Below, one piece after another: positions 38,170 to 55,581 of a stretch of DNA of 64,000 nucleotides. The notes beneath the pieces were generated by a model. It was not told where the DNA came from. It saw only the letters and a program-made list of their open reading frames with translations, and ran no database searches. Source of the DNA: Paramecium tetraurelia (Eukaryota); contig CT868679.1 in assembly GCA_000165425.1 (NCBI GenBank), positions 124,001-188,000 on the forward strand, given 5' to 3'. Each line of letters starts with the position of its first letter. Positions within the stretch are counted from its first letter, which is position 1. A program made the position numbers and the translations under genes.

Positions 38170-38787
38170 TCATTATACTAATTTAAGGAAGTTAGGTACT
38201 CTTTATTATTTGGATGATATTTATTTTCTATAATTAAGTATGGCAGCTCTAACTTGATGATTAACTTTTAGATTATTTTTGGAAAGTTTATCATAAAAAT
38301 TTTAGTACTTATCAGGATCGAAATAAGTATCTTTCAAGTGCGAAGGTAAGACTGATGGAGAGCGGAAATATGGATTGTAGATTCTGGGTTCTATCATTTA
38401 TTGAGGCTCATCGTTTATAATGGCTTGAGCATTTAATAGTTTTTTTAACACAAAATCAATTTCGTTTCTTCTATCTTGTAACTATTATTATTGTTGCTAA
38501 TTTTGCTCTATTTTTTTAGGTTATGGTAAAATTGTTGCATTTGATGATTTTCTACTTAGAATACTTGTTTTATATAGAACTTATTCTTAAACCTTTTCTA
38601 AAAGATCTTGAGTACTAGAGTAATGACGATCTGTTTAAATAGGTGGTATTTTTTGCTTAATTTTTCTCAGTTATTTTTCTAAAGATTGATTTCTAGCTGT
38701 TCTAATTTCTGTGTAATCAGGAGTTGAATCTTTTATTGGTTTTGGCATTGGCAAAAATAATAAGTTGGAGTTTTTACGATTGAACAT
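38170..38787 (-). CDS. Hypothetical protein (205 aa)
   Basis: Intronless ATG-TGA frame MFNRKNSNLLFLPMPKP...NFLKLVQ*. Confidence 0.7.
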
Positions 38788-38829
38788 TAAATTTATATAT
38801 ATAGATTAATAGTTATTTAAAAACAGATC

Positions 38830-41124
<2,295 letters not shown>

Positions 41125-41820
41125 TAATAAAATTATTTAAATACGAAACTATATCAAATTTGAATGTTATAATAACTTATTTAGATATTTGAATTAATAC
41201 ATAAAACAAAAAACTCTATGTATTAGATTACTACTCATTAGATTACTACTTGTAATTATAATAAATTTAAAAAATAGAATCAAATATATTACAAAATATG
41301 TATTTATTTCATTCATTCTTTTAATTATTTGAGATATTTCAGGAAATAGTGTGGAACATTGAATTTATTTAAATATATAGATTTTATCTTAATTTAACTT
41401 TACATGAATGTTTCTCGTAATTTATATATATATTGCAAGATAAATAAGTTAATTTGTGCTATTTTAATGTTAAAGGATATTTTACAGGTAAATAGTAAAT
41501 TGAAATTGTCAAATTATAATCAAAACCACTTTCATCATATAAGTCAGAAGTTAAAGAGAATGCTTAAAAAGAAAAGTAAAAAATCTAATAAACACATCAG
41601 GCAGAATATATGAATAGATAATTTCTCTGTATAGAGTTATTGATGAATAAATGAATTTGTAATTAGAGTAAAATAAATTAAAGAGAGTAAAAGTAATTCT
41701 CTATTAAATTACTTTCACAATCATGTAACTTTAAAAGAATCAGAATTGTTTATTTAAAAACAAGACCAAATAATCTTAGTAAAAAAATGAGTAATAAACT
41801 TTAAATATATTTATTAGTAA

Positions 41821-42054
41821 TCATAATTCTTTCTTGCTCTATTTAGTAGTGATAAGGTCTTCAATCAGTGAATTACAGGAATCTTTGGGTGTTTCATATT
41901 AGTCATCAGGTGTCTCATATAAATCAAGATTCTTAATTCCTGAAAACTTTTTTGTATATATTTAAGCCAGAGGCGATCCATTATCAAGCTAGGAGATGAT
42001 GGCATCAAAATCAAACTTTGTTTAAACATTAAGGTTCTCGAATTTTCGATTCAT
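41821..42054 (-). CDS. Small hypothetical protein (77 aa)
   Basis: MNRKFENLNVQTKFDFDAIISQLDNGSPL...YETPDDQYETPKDS...KKEL*; GC-richer than flanks. Confidence 0.6.
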
Positions 42055-42508
42055 TCTATGTATAATGTTAAATATTTTAAATTATTATTCTAATTTTTAC
42101 AAATTATATTATCTTTTTATAACATAAATCTATACTACATTATGTCATTTGAATTGTCATTAAATTAATTGACTAAAATAATATAAAATAATTTTGTCAG
42201 ATTTAATAGGTATAAATTTATATAATAATATAAAGAAAGAATTACTTTAATTATACCTATTCTCATTATTCCTAATTTAAATAGCTTTTATTGAAATTAT
42301 AATAAGGATGACAAAAAAAAATATCATTAATTCTTCTAATTTTTTAATTTAGGACTAATAATAAAAGCTAAAATAAATCTTAAATAAATTATAATAAGTA
42401 TTATTATATTTACTCTTGATAATAAAGATATTTTGATTATATGATAAATTGTATGATAAATGTGACTTTAAAATTAGAGTATTTGAAAAATATATAATAC
42501 AAAATTTT

Positions 42509-44046
42509 TCATTACTTTGATAGATGTTCCTTAAAGTGAACTTTGATAACTCCTACCTATTTTAGATTTGTTTAGATTCCAACATCATCATTTAATTGAT
42601 CATCAAAATCATCGAAGTCATCAAAATCATTGAGTTTGCTGACTTTTTTTTTTTGATTGTTTTTTACTTCATCCTGATAATACTTATCTCCTCTATCTTC
42701 CAAATCTCTAAATTCACCATTTTAAAAGATTTATCCTTACAACCTTTGGCCAATCGGTTATCTAATTAGAGAAGATTCTCTAGAGAGAGACTTTTTTGAG
42801 TTTTGGCGAGATCTTTGACAATTGCTATCCTTAAGTCTGGTATTTATTTTAGATACTACTGAAGGTACATAATTTAACACAACAGATGATTATTGTGAAC
42901 TATATTATTCTATTTAAAACGACTTTCTTTTTTCACTTTTTTTTAAATCAGGTATTTTCAGATAATCGCCTTATAAATTAGAAACATCAATATCATTAAA
43001 AGATTATTATGCCTAATCTGAAGATTTAGTAGAACTAGTTTAATTATCATTCCAATCAAATTTTCTATCAAAATTGATTCCATTTTGTTATGCAATCTTT
43101 TAGAATAGACTAAATAAGTATTTATAATCTGGAGTAGCTGCGAATTTCAATTTCTATACATAGTCCATATATCTTTAAAATTCTGTTGGAAGTCCCTTAC
43201 ATAATTCTCTCATTTCTATTTCCATTTTCAGTTTCCCAACTAACCTAGTTTTTTCTCTATCTGAAGAGGAAGTAATATTTTACCATGGTAAAATTCCTAT
43301 CACATTTAATTAGACAATACCTTTTAATAAGTAAATGAACACATATCCTAAACTTTCTAAATCATCTCTTCGTGATAATTCATATCCTTTATGAGCTGAG
43401 ACACTAGCATAACGAGTGGTTCCCATGAAAGGCTTATTTTCTTAAAATTATCTAATAAATTAAGAATTATATTTACATATGTTAGCCATTAGTACGGTAT
43501 TTTTTTGATATACCATAATCGACTAGATACACTTATTGAGAATCATTTCCTCTTCCCATGAGTATGTTTTCTGGTTTAATATCTCGATGTATAACACCTC
43601 TTTTATAGAGGAACATATAAACCTTTTATGAACTTCTTCTATGATCGTGAGCAATTATTCTGCTAAGTTACAAATTGTTTTTAATGATAGTTTTCTAAAT
43701 CTTTTTAAAAAGTGTGCTAAGTCCTTTCCAAGTAATTGCATCGCCATACAATTTGAATTATATTCATTTCCATACCAATAGAGTTTTGGAACTCCTGAAG
43801 ATTAATAATATATGTTTACCAACAATTCCTCTCAATTCTTCTATAATTTATATTTCTCTCTCTAAACTCATTAAATCACTGTTTTCTTTTTCAACTTTAA
43901 TGGCTACATAATCTCTTGTAACTTTATCATGACAGATATAAACAACTCCGAAAGACCCTTTTCTATCAAACATAGTTAATACCTTGGTTTAATTTCTCCT
44001 TTTGCACAAATCTTCCATAATAAATCCTCCCTTTCTCTTATTGCAT
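42509..44046 (-). CDS. Casein kinase 1 family kinase
   Basis: [76 protein letters not shown]. Confidence 0.95.
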
Positions 44047-44191
44047 TAAAATTAAAAATATATATAAAGCACAAATATTAAATAAGATTTATAAAAGAGA
44101 GATTCCATTATTAGAATTTAATTAACTAAAAATGGTAATTTAATAATATTTTTAATTTATACATGTTCCGAGTTTGTAGATGATAATAATA

Positions 44192-47159
44192 TCATTCTTC
44201 ATCTTCATCATCAACAATAAAATTATTCATAGATCCTAGAGAATCTTCATCAATTGACTTCTCTTCATCTAATTATCTTTTTTTTGTCCCTTTTTTAGCT
44301 TATTTTTTGGTTTGTTTTTTTGTTTTCTTAACTTTTGAACCTCTTGTATTTTCTTCTTCATTTTTGTTTTCTTCTTCTTCAATCTCTTTTTAAGACTATT
44401 CAACTAATGGTGCCTCTTCACCAATTAAAGGATTATAATTTTCACTCTAATATATAATTAAAAATACATACCAAATATCTTTCAGCATTGACTTATCTTT
44501 TAGCTGCTTTTTCCTTTAATATTACATGTCTTTTATTATACATTTTTGTTAATTGCGTTTTGACTTGAGCGTTAATAGTGCTCAATAAATTATCCTTCAA
44601 TGGGTTGAATACTTAATCATGAAGATCTTCTTTCAATTAATCAGGAGTAATTCGATATTCTTCCATAATTTAAACTACACTCCAAACAGCATCTTTATCA
44701 TTTCGAACTATTTTTAATTCTAAAAATTGTTTTATCAACTAAAACAAATAGTGAGAATACAATCTGATATCCGATGTCAAATAAGTAATTGGAGCTATTC
44801 TATTTTTTATTTAATGTCCTTCCCTTCTAATTTTACTGGCAGTTGAATTCTTTCCCAACCATTATGGGAATTTTGGAAAATCCATCTATTCCCCAACAAT
44901 ACACGAAGGATAGACACTTGATAAGAATCCAAAGGATGGCATTAATGACCATTGTTGATCTCTTCGAATTTTCTTTGATATTATATCTCCTTCAGCTATT
45001 AATTCAGCTGCTTTAGCAACATTATTAATATCTGAATGATGCGATAAAATGTAACTGTCTTAAATAATAAGAGGAATTAAGTCATAATCTAAGAAGAACA
45101 TGTCCAGCATATCTCTTAGTGACATCTATCTTCTTTGATTTCTATTGAGTAAACTTAAAGCTGCATTAAATGTATTAAAAACACAGACTTTATCTTTTTT
45201 GAATGCATTCGGTTAGAACATCTTTGCTTTTGATTACAATTTTTATAATTCCAACATATTAATACTTTATCTGATATCACAATCAAAGCATATAGCCAAT
45301 TTTTCGAGATCTTCAAGATTCATATTTATATTCTCTTATTCACAAATGTATTTTAATCTTTTTGCAACTGATTTTGCATCTGGCTTCTAAAATTTAATAC
45401 TATAACAATGAGCTAACAACGATTTTAATTTTTAGTTGTCAATATCATTACAAATACAAACAATTGGAACTCGAGTGGATTTTATACATTCTATTAAAGC
45501 CGATATTCCACCTCTATCTGATCCAGTCATTCCATCTACTTCATCCATTACAATTATAAAGTCCTTGTTAGGTCTAAATAGATTCATAAGCACACTGTTG
45601 TCAACCAAATCATTTAATACAGATCTCAAACTTCCTTTGTTTCTCTTGTCTGATGCATTGTTTACTATTAATTTCAATCCTAAAGCTTCGGCTACTAATC
45701 TTACCATTGAAGTCTTACCAATTCCTGGAGGACCACTTATTATACATGCTTTAGACCTTAATTTATAAATATATAAATACGTAATATTTCCAACAGGTTA
45801 GAATCTACCCATTTTTAGGGGTATAAATCTTTTCTTCTATTTCTAATTTTATTCCTCTGCTGAATTTGGATGCTAGAATTTGTATATCCAATCATTCAAT
45901 TGAGTTACACTTGATTTATTATCAACTAAATCAGACAATAATTTTGGCATGTATTTATCAGCTAAGCTAAGATTCTTATCTAAATTTACATTCTCTGGCT
46001 AATCCTATTTCTTGGATCCTGATTTCTTGTACAATTTAGATAAATTCGAGTCCGGAAAAATCTCTTCCATTCCAACACCTATTTTATCAATAAGCCAATC
46101 ATTTAGCTCACTTTCTCTTACAATCTTTGTTCCTTTTTTTGTAGCCTCTTTAAATTTATTGCCTTCTTCTCCTTTTCTTCCATCTTCTAACTTGTCTGCC
46201 ACAATTAAATAGCTAGTCTTCCCAGAAATACTGCCAGTGACCTTAGCTCCATTATTCTTTAAGAACTACTCCAGTTTGTCCCTACTGCAAACATTTAATA
46301 AACCACTCAAAACGATTGTTAAACCCTTAAGTAAATCTGGATCATTTTTAAATTCTGGTTGATGTTCTTATTCAATTTACTTTTTATTTTCAGGCTTTAA
46401 GACTTTTGAGTTTTGTTTTTCCCATGTGATGTTGACAGCTCCTTTCTTTTTTTTAGCTTATGGTTATTATTCAATTTGGATTTCAAAACTTTATTTTATA
46501 TCAGGTCCTAAGTGTCTAGGTGATGTGCTTTTATTATTTTTATCCAAACCTATCCTATTTAATTTTTCAATTATTTCATTTCCGCTGTCCTAATATGGAT
46601 CTTATTTTTGTCTGTATGTTTATTGTTATTACGATTATGGTTGAATTTGCTATTAAGATTGTTATTTATTCTTATACTATTCTTAGATTTTTCTCTCTAT
46701 TTCAAATTATTCTTGAATATTAATATCATCAACATTAATGTCATTAGATCGTTTTATTATGGATTCTTTTAATTTTCCTTATGAACCTTATGAGGGATTA
46801 AGAAGAACACTTTTTCCAAAAAATTAAAATAGATTTGGTTAATTAGGTTAATTAGGCTATCTTTGAGCGGATGGCTTTTTTTATGATTATGATAAATTCT
46901 AGGGTTAATTAGTTTTGGACTAATTTTAATTAGGAAACACATCAGAAATCTGTGGTGTTTATTTTTCCCCCATTGATTATTGAGTTTATTTTTAAGCTTA
47001 TTATTATTGCTGCTTTTATTTTTGTTAACCATTTTTGCTTTTGGCATCGTACTTATAATTGTTAAGATTATACTCTTCTTCAATATCTGAAAGAACTTCT
47101 GTATGATTTGATTTACTCTCAGGTGAATTACGAATTAACCTTTTTCGGGAATTGCTCAT
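44192..47159 (-). CDS. RFC1: Replication factor C large subunit
   Basis: BRCT (NGAKVTGSISGKTSYLI), LADKYMPK, Walker A SGPPGIGKTS, NASDKR, MDEVDGMTGSDRGG, PIVCICND, FPQWLGKNS. Confidence 0.95.
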
Positions 47160-47180
47160 AATTATATTAATAATATATAA

Positions 47181-50100
47181 TCATTCTTAAATTTCTTCAT
47201 ATTAATTATTAAAATACTATTCAGTTTCCAACAAATAAATTTACCATGCTATTAAAATGGGCTTCTTTTGTTCAGGATTACTTACTATATGATCATCCAA
47301 GACAGATAAGATTTCAAGCCATTTGTTTTTAAATTCCTCATCCAATTTAGATTGATTAATCTTGTCTATTTAAGTTTAATATTCAAAAGCCCAATTCTCT
47401 CTCAGCAATCCAAATTTCTATTCAACTTCCTCAGGATCTAATTTATATTTATGATATGTACTTTAAACATTCAAGAAATTATTCTAAGAATTATCGCTAA
47501 ATATATCTAATTCTAAGCAAAGAATTGAAAAACGATCAAATGACAGATACTTCTCTCCATCACACACCAAATCAGCATTTTCTTAAAATTTGCTAGATAA
47601 TTTAGCTTCATCATATTTTTAATTCTCTATATATTTATTTAAAGTTAACCATTCTTCTAAATTGCACATACCATTTCCATCTAAATCGCTTGCATTAAAT
47701 GCATTTATTACAAATGTTTATATATTTTATACATTATCTCTAAACAATCTTAATACTTTCAGCATCATCTAATCAAAATCTAAGACTCCATCTCTATTTT
47801 ATTATGTAACATCCTTCTCTACAATTGAGTCTAATTCTTTTTTAAGCTATATGTATTTATCTTGAGATTTAAAGTAATATAAAGATTCTAAATAAGCCAA
47901 AGCTCTGATATAAGGAACAAATTGTTGAGTATTGGCTTCATTATTCTTTATAGTTGTGCCATAATTACTCATACTATTAATTAAATCCAATGCCTCTAAA
48001 TATTTCTTTTATTCTTCTAAACTGAAATTAGAACTTTCCTCCAATAATCCTAAAAACTTTGCAAAAACATTTACTCTCACAATGGCAATATTTTTTTGTA
48101 TCGAGATTAATAGAATCAAAAATTTTTATTCGGTGACTTTTGTGTATCCAAATTATTTTAGATAATAATTATATATAAAGGATGCCATATCTTAATCTTT
48201 CAATAATTTATTTTCTTTTTAACTTTAAAGTTTTTCTTAGTATAAGGTTGTTATATATTTTAACACTAATTTTATAGGGATCGTATTTTAAATCTATCCT
48301 ATTTTCTTTTGCCTTATTTTCTCAATTAAAAATTTAGATTAATTCTTCTAAAAATCATATGATATTGTTATCTAATATAAAATCTATAGTGTTACTCTCT
48401 ATCCTAATAATGGACCTTTGCCTACTGTTGTTTATGATGTTTCTTTTTGCTTGTTCCCCCCAACTGCTTTGACATCAACCAATTTAATTTAATTCTACTC
48501 TAAATTTTAGTTGTCAAGATAATTCTTTTCAGATTTTGTCTAATGCAATTTTCCTGTTATCTCACTTATATTGAGCTTCAATTATAAATTATCGATTTCA
48601 AGTTTTTAATTTAATTTAGTTACACCATCAATATTCTAATAATTCTCTTATAATTATTAATTTAATTCCTCAATCTAATTATTCAATTGAGCGATTCTAA
48701 ATTTCTGAAAATTAATGAATTAAACTATTTATTTCTGTTTAAATTCAGAAGGTCTATGAGTTGATTATTTTATAGATTATCGATGCATTATTGATTATCT
48801 GGTCGTTTATTAAGATTATGGTTTAATGTTTTTGAAATCTAAATAAGTTATAATGATTACCATTAGATTTTATAGATGAATCAGAAAGAATTTCATAATT
48901 TAATGGAGTATTTGTGCATTCAGTTTAGTTTTAGATCATCTCATCTAAATTTATTTAATAATTATTCTATTAATTAAAATTGTTGAATTCCAAAGCCAAA
49001 TTCATTATTTCTTGTGAAATATCTTCATACTTATAATCAATCAATTAAAGGTCTGTTTAAACTTCTTAATCTTTATAAAAGTTAATTAGCAAATCATCCT
49101 GAACTTAAATCTCTACGGATCTTATTTCTATTATTTTCTCTTAATTAATTTCTACCTAATTCAATGAATAACTATCATGATTTAGAGTATTATTAGAGGA
49201 AAGTGATCTCTTACTTGTTTATTATTATTATTATATAATCAATTAATTCAATTGTGTTAATGATTTATCTTTACCCAAAGGAGATTCTGATCCTTTACTT
49301 TATCTTTTATCCAATTTCTATATTTTATTTTCATAAAATTATAATTTAACCTACATAGCTTAATTGTCCAAATCTATTAATCTATATTTTTTAGCCTTGC
49401 TCTCAAACTCAAGATTTTTCTATTTCATTTATTTTATTAAATTGCGTTCATTATTGAGTTAATCTCGTTATTCAGCCATTATTTTAGAACCTTCCATCTT
49501 GATTTTATTACACTCATTTTTTAATTCCTCTATTTATTCTTTTAGAAACAGGATCTCAATCTTTTACTATTTAATAATTCCTTCCAATTCATTATTCTAA
49601 TATATTTCTGATTACTTGTAATTATTTGCCTATAATTTATAAATACCCATATGATTCAATTGCACTTCTCTCATAAATATTTAAAATAACAATCCTAATT
49701 CTTTAAAGTCTTCTTGTAATTATGTTGTTATAAATAATTCCATTTTAGATAACACCTCTTATTTATTTAAACCATTGACTTAAGATAAAAATTATCTTTC
49801 AGCCTCTTTAATCAACATTCTTTTGTTTTCATCTGAGTTGATTGTGACTCCCTTTTCAAATGGAATTACAGACACTAATTTCCTTGAATAGGTTGTTCCT
49901 AAACCTTTAATTTTAAATCCAGATGAATTCTATGTTGTCCGCAATTGATTTTAAGATTATTTATTTCGCTGATCTAAAAACTAAAATGTTGCTATCAAAT
50001 AATATTGGAACTTACATTATCTATTACGAGTTTATTCCAAAAATTCAGTCAATATTTTTTTACAATTCTAGGTTCCTCTTTCATTTTCACATATGCTGGT

Positions 50101-50217
50101 ATTATAATGGCTTCGAGATGTTTAACTACCTACTTTAGAAGTTTATTTTCTCTAAATAGATTTACTTGAGCTAGCACCAAATAGAGATTTATCATTTAGA
50201 TAGCCATTTCTATCCAT
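47181..50217 (-). CDS. Large coiled-coil protein with C-terminal EF-hand(s)
   Basis: Long Q/E/K coiled coil, then MASFIYNYYLKQFGY..., AFNASDLDGNGMCNLEEW (EF-hand), FQENADLVCDGEKYLSFDRFSILC. Confidence 0.75.
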
Positions 50218-51112
50218 TATTTGTTAAGATAAACTAAATTAATATATATTTCTAATTATCATAATGAATTAAGATATTTCTAATTTAGTGAATGCTTTCA
50301 TATTGAATAAAGAATAATCGAATACTAATCTAAACTTTAAAACATAAAATAAATGTAATAAATATTAATCTCTACATCTAACCTGGATATATGCAAAAAT
50401 CTTAGATCTAAAAATTATATTCCTTAATTTTAATATTTATACTCTTTAATTAGAACAAGCACATTTGAAATGAATGCTACAATTTTTATCATTATCATCA
50501 TTATTTTAGAATATGAATTTTTTTTTTATATATATTTAGCTGTTAAATTAATAAATAATGAATTCTGTTTAGTAAAAACAATATATATCTCTAATTCTCA
50601 TTTTCTCAAATTACCATAAATAACCCATAAGAGTATGTTATTGAATTAAAATATGGTCTAAAATTATAAAACAAACATTTGCGAATTGAATAACTCCTTA
50701 TTTACACAGGCTTCACAATTTATCATAAATAATCCGAAATGTGCATTTTCTTTAACTCAATATGAGCCATAAAATTAATTAAAATATTCACGTTAAATCA
50801 ATATGTAATTTTATTATAACAAAAATTATGATACATTAAATCATTATTTCACATTTTTAGTTAGGATATTTAATATTATTATTATCTGATTTTGAAGTTA
50901 GTGATGTTAATTGTTTAAATAGAAGATATATGAATTAATCGATACTTTTAATATCGGTATTTCAATAAAATCAATGTTAATAATTTCTATACAATATTAA
51001 TTCAATTTAATAAGATATTTTTTATTTATATTAATGTATTTTGTTTTGATATTTCTTTAACACCCTAATGCAAAATTCATTATTTTTAATTCAAACTGTT
51101 ATAAAGACTACT

Positions 51113-51387
51113 ATGGGGTGCAATCTATAAAAATAAAAGAATAAGTAACCAACTCTTGGATTATCAGTATTTATATTTTAAAATAAACATAGATCTAACA
51201 AACAGAATTACATTGTAATGAATAAATATAAACTCCAGATACCATGGATATGTCCAGTCTTAAATAACACAATATTATAGTCTTAAAGAAACTACTTGCT
51301 TCTTCAAGTCTGAATGTTGATCAAATTGTTAAACCTCCATTAAAAAAATACTCGCATTCCACCTTAAGTAGAAGTAGAAGATAATGA
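51113..51387 (+). CDS. Small MGC-type (putatively myristoylated/palmitoylated) protein, about 83 aa
   Basis: MGCNLQKQKNKQ...; one intron near 51167-51192; ends STLSRSRRQ*. Confidence 0.6.
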
Positions 51388-51630
51388 TTAAATTGATTTT
51401 AAGGATGTACATTGTTTTTAAACTATAATTAAATAATATTAACTCAAATGGATTAGTCAAGTTTAGTTTAAAACCGAAAAAAGATATAGGAAATAGATGC
51501 GGTGAAGGCTTTAATTATAGTATAGTTACTTTGTAAATTGTATCTACTTAGCTTTCTTTATCGCAATTCTAAATAAATCAAGTAATAAATTTACAAGTAT
51601 TTAAAATCATATATTTGATGTGAAATATTA

Positions 51631-53129
51631 ATGATAAAATTATTGAAGTAATTTTAATTAATAAGGAACACCTAAAAAATAAATTTAATTGCTTGTTGCC
51701 CTTTTACGAGTAGCTATAAACAAGAGGCAAATATTGTATTGTGTGATGCCTTAAATGCTCTTATGGAAGAAAATTATAAAAATTCTAAATTAGATATTTT
51801 ATCAGAATATTACACAAAAATATGGGAAGGTAGATTGGGATTAGTTGAAAATAAGATATTATTCTGTTAATTTTTGGAAAATTCAAATTAAATATTGCGT
51901 AAAGAATTTGCCATTGATAAAATTGAAAAGGATGATAATATTAGAATTAATAAATCCCTAAAAATATTTCATGTATTTAACACTATTACTGAACTATAAA
52001 TAATAAGATGGGAAGGTATTTAGGATCTATTTCAATGGATTAGAAATGAAAGCACATACGAATTATTCTAGAGAACAAACAAATTACATATATATCTCAA
52101 ATATATACATTTATTATACGTCAATCAGTATGATATTTTGGAATTTCACAAAAGGGTAGAGGATGCTTTATTTCAATTTAAGAAGGCAACACCATAATTT
52201 GTGGATGAAAGATTAGAATACTATAATGCTATAAATATGTTAAGATAATTCGATAGAATAGAAAAAGCACATTTAAAGATGACTATTTTGGAATTGAGTA
52301 AATTGGAAAATAGATAAATAGGATATTCACTTGAGCAATTAGATATATTATCATAATATATCAATTTAGTATGTGAGGTGTTTTTTCCAAATCTATTATA
52401 AGACAGAGATATTTTCAATTTTGTTTAAGAGGAAGAAGAAGAAGAAGACGATGAGGAAAATAATTAGGATGATTACACTTTAATTGAACCATTAAATAGA
52501 TTAATTAGATTATTTTTATAATAAGATGCATTCTATTACAAAAGATCTATTTCGAGCTATAGAGATAAATTAGTTTAGAAAGAGGGATATGTAGATTTAG
52601 TTGATCCAGTTAAATGGAGACAACTTATGTCTGTATCTAAAGGATTATGGGTCTTGACTGATGACAATAAACATGATAGATCTTGCATAGATCTGTTAGA
52701 AAATGCAATTTTTAGAAAATTGGAAACTGACACCGCATCAATAACTGATGGAATTTAAATCATCAAATATATTTAGGATATCCAAGAAATGAGATAGGGT
52801 CATCAATTTTTAGTAAATAGTTACAATAAATTTAGATAATGAAATCTATTTGTGATTAAATTAATAATTAGGAACTTTAAGATTTATCAATTACACGATA
52901 AAATCTTCCAAGTTTATTACATTAAATGTTGACTTTGGAAAGAAAAGCAGAGGAATTTGAATTGGCTTTTATTTAACCTGCTTTATATAGATTAGAAACC
53001 TGGATTAAAGAGGCTAAATTTGATTAAGAATTAAAAATGTGTGATTGGTATGATCTCTCTTTAGTAATAAAAAAACACTAATATAATGAAATAGAGGACT
53101 ATGTTAACAAAAAATTAGAGTAAGCATGA
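51631..53129 (+). CDS. Hypothetical alpha-helical protein, possible mitochondrial presequence
   Basis: MIKLLKQFQLIRNTQKINL... basic, acid-free N-terminus; long open frame; two introns near the 3' end; ends KKLEQA*. Confidence 0.7.
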
Positions 53130-53180
53130 ACATAGATTTATAATATATATTAAAGTCATCATTATTAAATAATTTTAATT

Positions 53181-55540
53181 ATGAATTAGTAAGAAAATGT
53201 GTTCTAAAGTGTTTCAACCAAATCCAAAGAATATAAAGAAGAGTGTAGATAACTATTGGAACGAATTGTGGCTCTGTAACTCAAAGTATTTAAAGCTCCT
53301 GACTTATATGTAAAAGAAGTTTTAGGTGTTGTGGAACTATATAAACAAGTACATGCTTAATCCTATTTTATAGTAATTTGAGTTAGTTAAATAAAATCCA
53401 GGTTAAAGTAATGGTAAATTTAGTATTATTGCTTAATTTTTATCGAAAGTGGCTGTATATTATAAGACAGACTTAAAATTTTACATTGAAGATTTAATGG
53501 AACTTATTAATCATTTCTAAAATACATTGAATTAAGGTTTAAGAAAGAGAATCATATTTTGTTTGTTGAGATTAAGGGGAAAAAATTTAATTGAGCCTTT
53601 TCGAATGATAGTATTTTTGATGAAATTGTTTAATTGCTAAGATAAGGATTTAAGGAGAATAATCTTTAGATTCATTATCAAAGACATAAAATAGTTTAAT
53701 AAGAAACATCGAAATGAAACATTAAATAAATAAATCTAAGTATAATTCTTTATTAACTTTAGAATTTTATCATTGATTTAATTAAGAAATCGTAAGAGAA
53801 TATTGCCAAAAGAGCATTATAAATAATGATTGAATTATATAAAAAAAATATTTGGAAAGACAACAAATGTGTAAATATTATTGCTTAGGGTTGTTTTAAT
53901 TAAAATTACAAAATTAAATTATTAGCTTGCTATTTTTTAATTGAAACTACAGAAAATCATGTCGAAATTGAGTCATCAGAGGATGAGGCAGATAAATACA
54001 TCTAGAAAAAAGGAAAAAACAAATGTGTGAAACCAACCAAAGCTAGAGAGCATAGAGTAGAAAGAGAAAAAAAAATGGCAGATAAGAAACAAAGAAAGAA
54101 ATTGTCAAGATTGAATAGCAATGGAGGATTCTTTGCTTTAGATCAAATATACTCCCCATAAGATTTTGCTGAAAGATTATTTGATAACCTAAAAAAACAT
54201 GATAGCGAAAGATTCTCTGTTAAATTGGCTATGATGCATCTGATATCCAGATTAATTCATAGGCATAAATTACTTTTAATACCTTTTTATACTTATGTAT
54301 AAAAACATTTATATCCAAATAGTAAGGATGTGCCAAAGTTGTTTGCTTATCTAGCAGAATCTATACATGATTCAATACCAAAGGAAGATTTATAACCAAC
54401 AATAAGACATTTAATTGATCAATTTGTAAATGATAGATGTTAAGAATTAACCTTAACTATGGGTTTAAGAGGAATTTATGAAATATTATAAAAGCATCCA
54501 AAGATTTTGGATAAGGAAAACATCACCTATCTCATTCATTATATCAAATATAAAAATAGAAATGTCAGCTAAGCTGCAAGGTCTATATTGAATCATTTCA
54601 AAGATACAAATCCTTAATTATTAGATAAAAGATTGAGAGGCAATAAATGGAAGAGTACAGAAGAATTGGACGGTGAATTTGATGACAATTTTATATAATA
54701 AATAACAGTAGGTGTAGATGGAGCAGAATTATTATAATAAGAAGAAGAGGAGAAGTTGAATAAAAAATTCGATATTCCTATCTATTGTGATAGAATATTG
54801 ACAGACGATGACTTTAAAAGAATTAGAGCATTGAAAAGAAAGTAAGAAGCTGAAATAGAATAAGCTAAACTCTAAGAAAAATAATAAAGAAATGAATATA
54901 TTGAATAAGAAAATGAAGATGATGAGGATTTTATCGATGATGAGGAAAATGATAATGATCTAGATGATATTTCAGAGATTAGTGGAGATAGTGCAGAAAT
55001 TGATGATAATGAGAATGAAGAATGGGAAGATGAAAGTATTGAAGAGGAAGATGTTGATGATGATGATATTAAACCTGATAGCAAAATCACAAAAGAATAG
55101 AATAAAAAAAGGAGACAATCTTTATCAGATTTGGAAGAAGATTCCGTATAAGAGTATTATTCAGATTAAAGCTAAATGTCTGATGAGAATCCTCATGGTT
55201 ATGTCAGAGAAGAAGATATAATGAGATATAGAAAAACTAAATCAGAATAAAAACATGAAAAATTAGAAGAATTGAAAAATGGAACCAAAGAAAAATGGTA
55301 ATATAATTATTTATATTTTAAAGGTATCAAGGTCCTAATAAAAAAAAGTCTGAGTTTGCATCAACCTCAAATAAAGAAAAATAAAAGAATAAACCATTAT
55401 AAATGATGAGAGCTAAGAAAGTTGAGTAAAAGAATAAAGAATCAAGAATTAAAAGCAAAATTAAAGATTTAAAAAATAAACTAGGGCATGTTAGAAGTGG
55501 AAAATAAGCTCAAAGGTTAAAGAAATAGAAAATTAAGTGA
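53181..55540 (+). CDS. SDA1: Protein SDA1 (60S ribosome biogenesis)
   Basis: LFNCQDKDLRR, IMIELYKKNIWKDNKCVNIIA, IYSPQDFAERLF, LISRLIHRHKL, RILTDDDFKRI, STSNKEKQKNKP; acidic tract. Confidence 0.93.
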
Positions 55541-55581
55541 TTGTGTGTATATAATATAATTAATTATAAAATCTCATTAAA

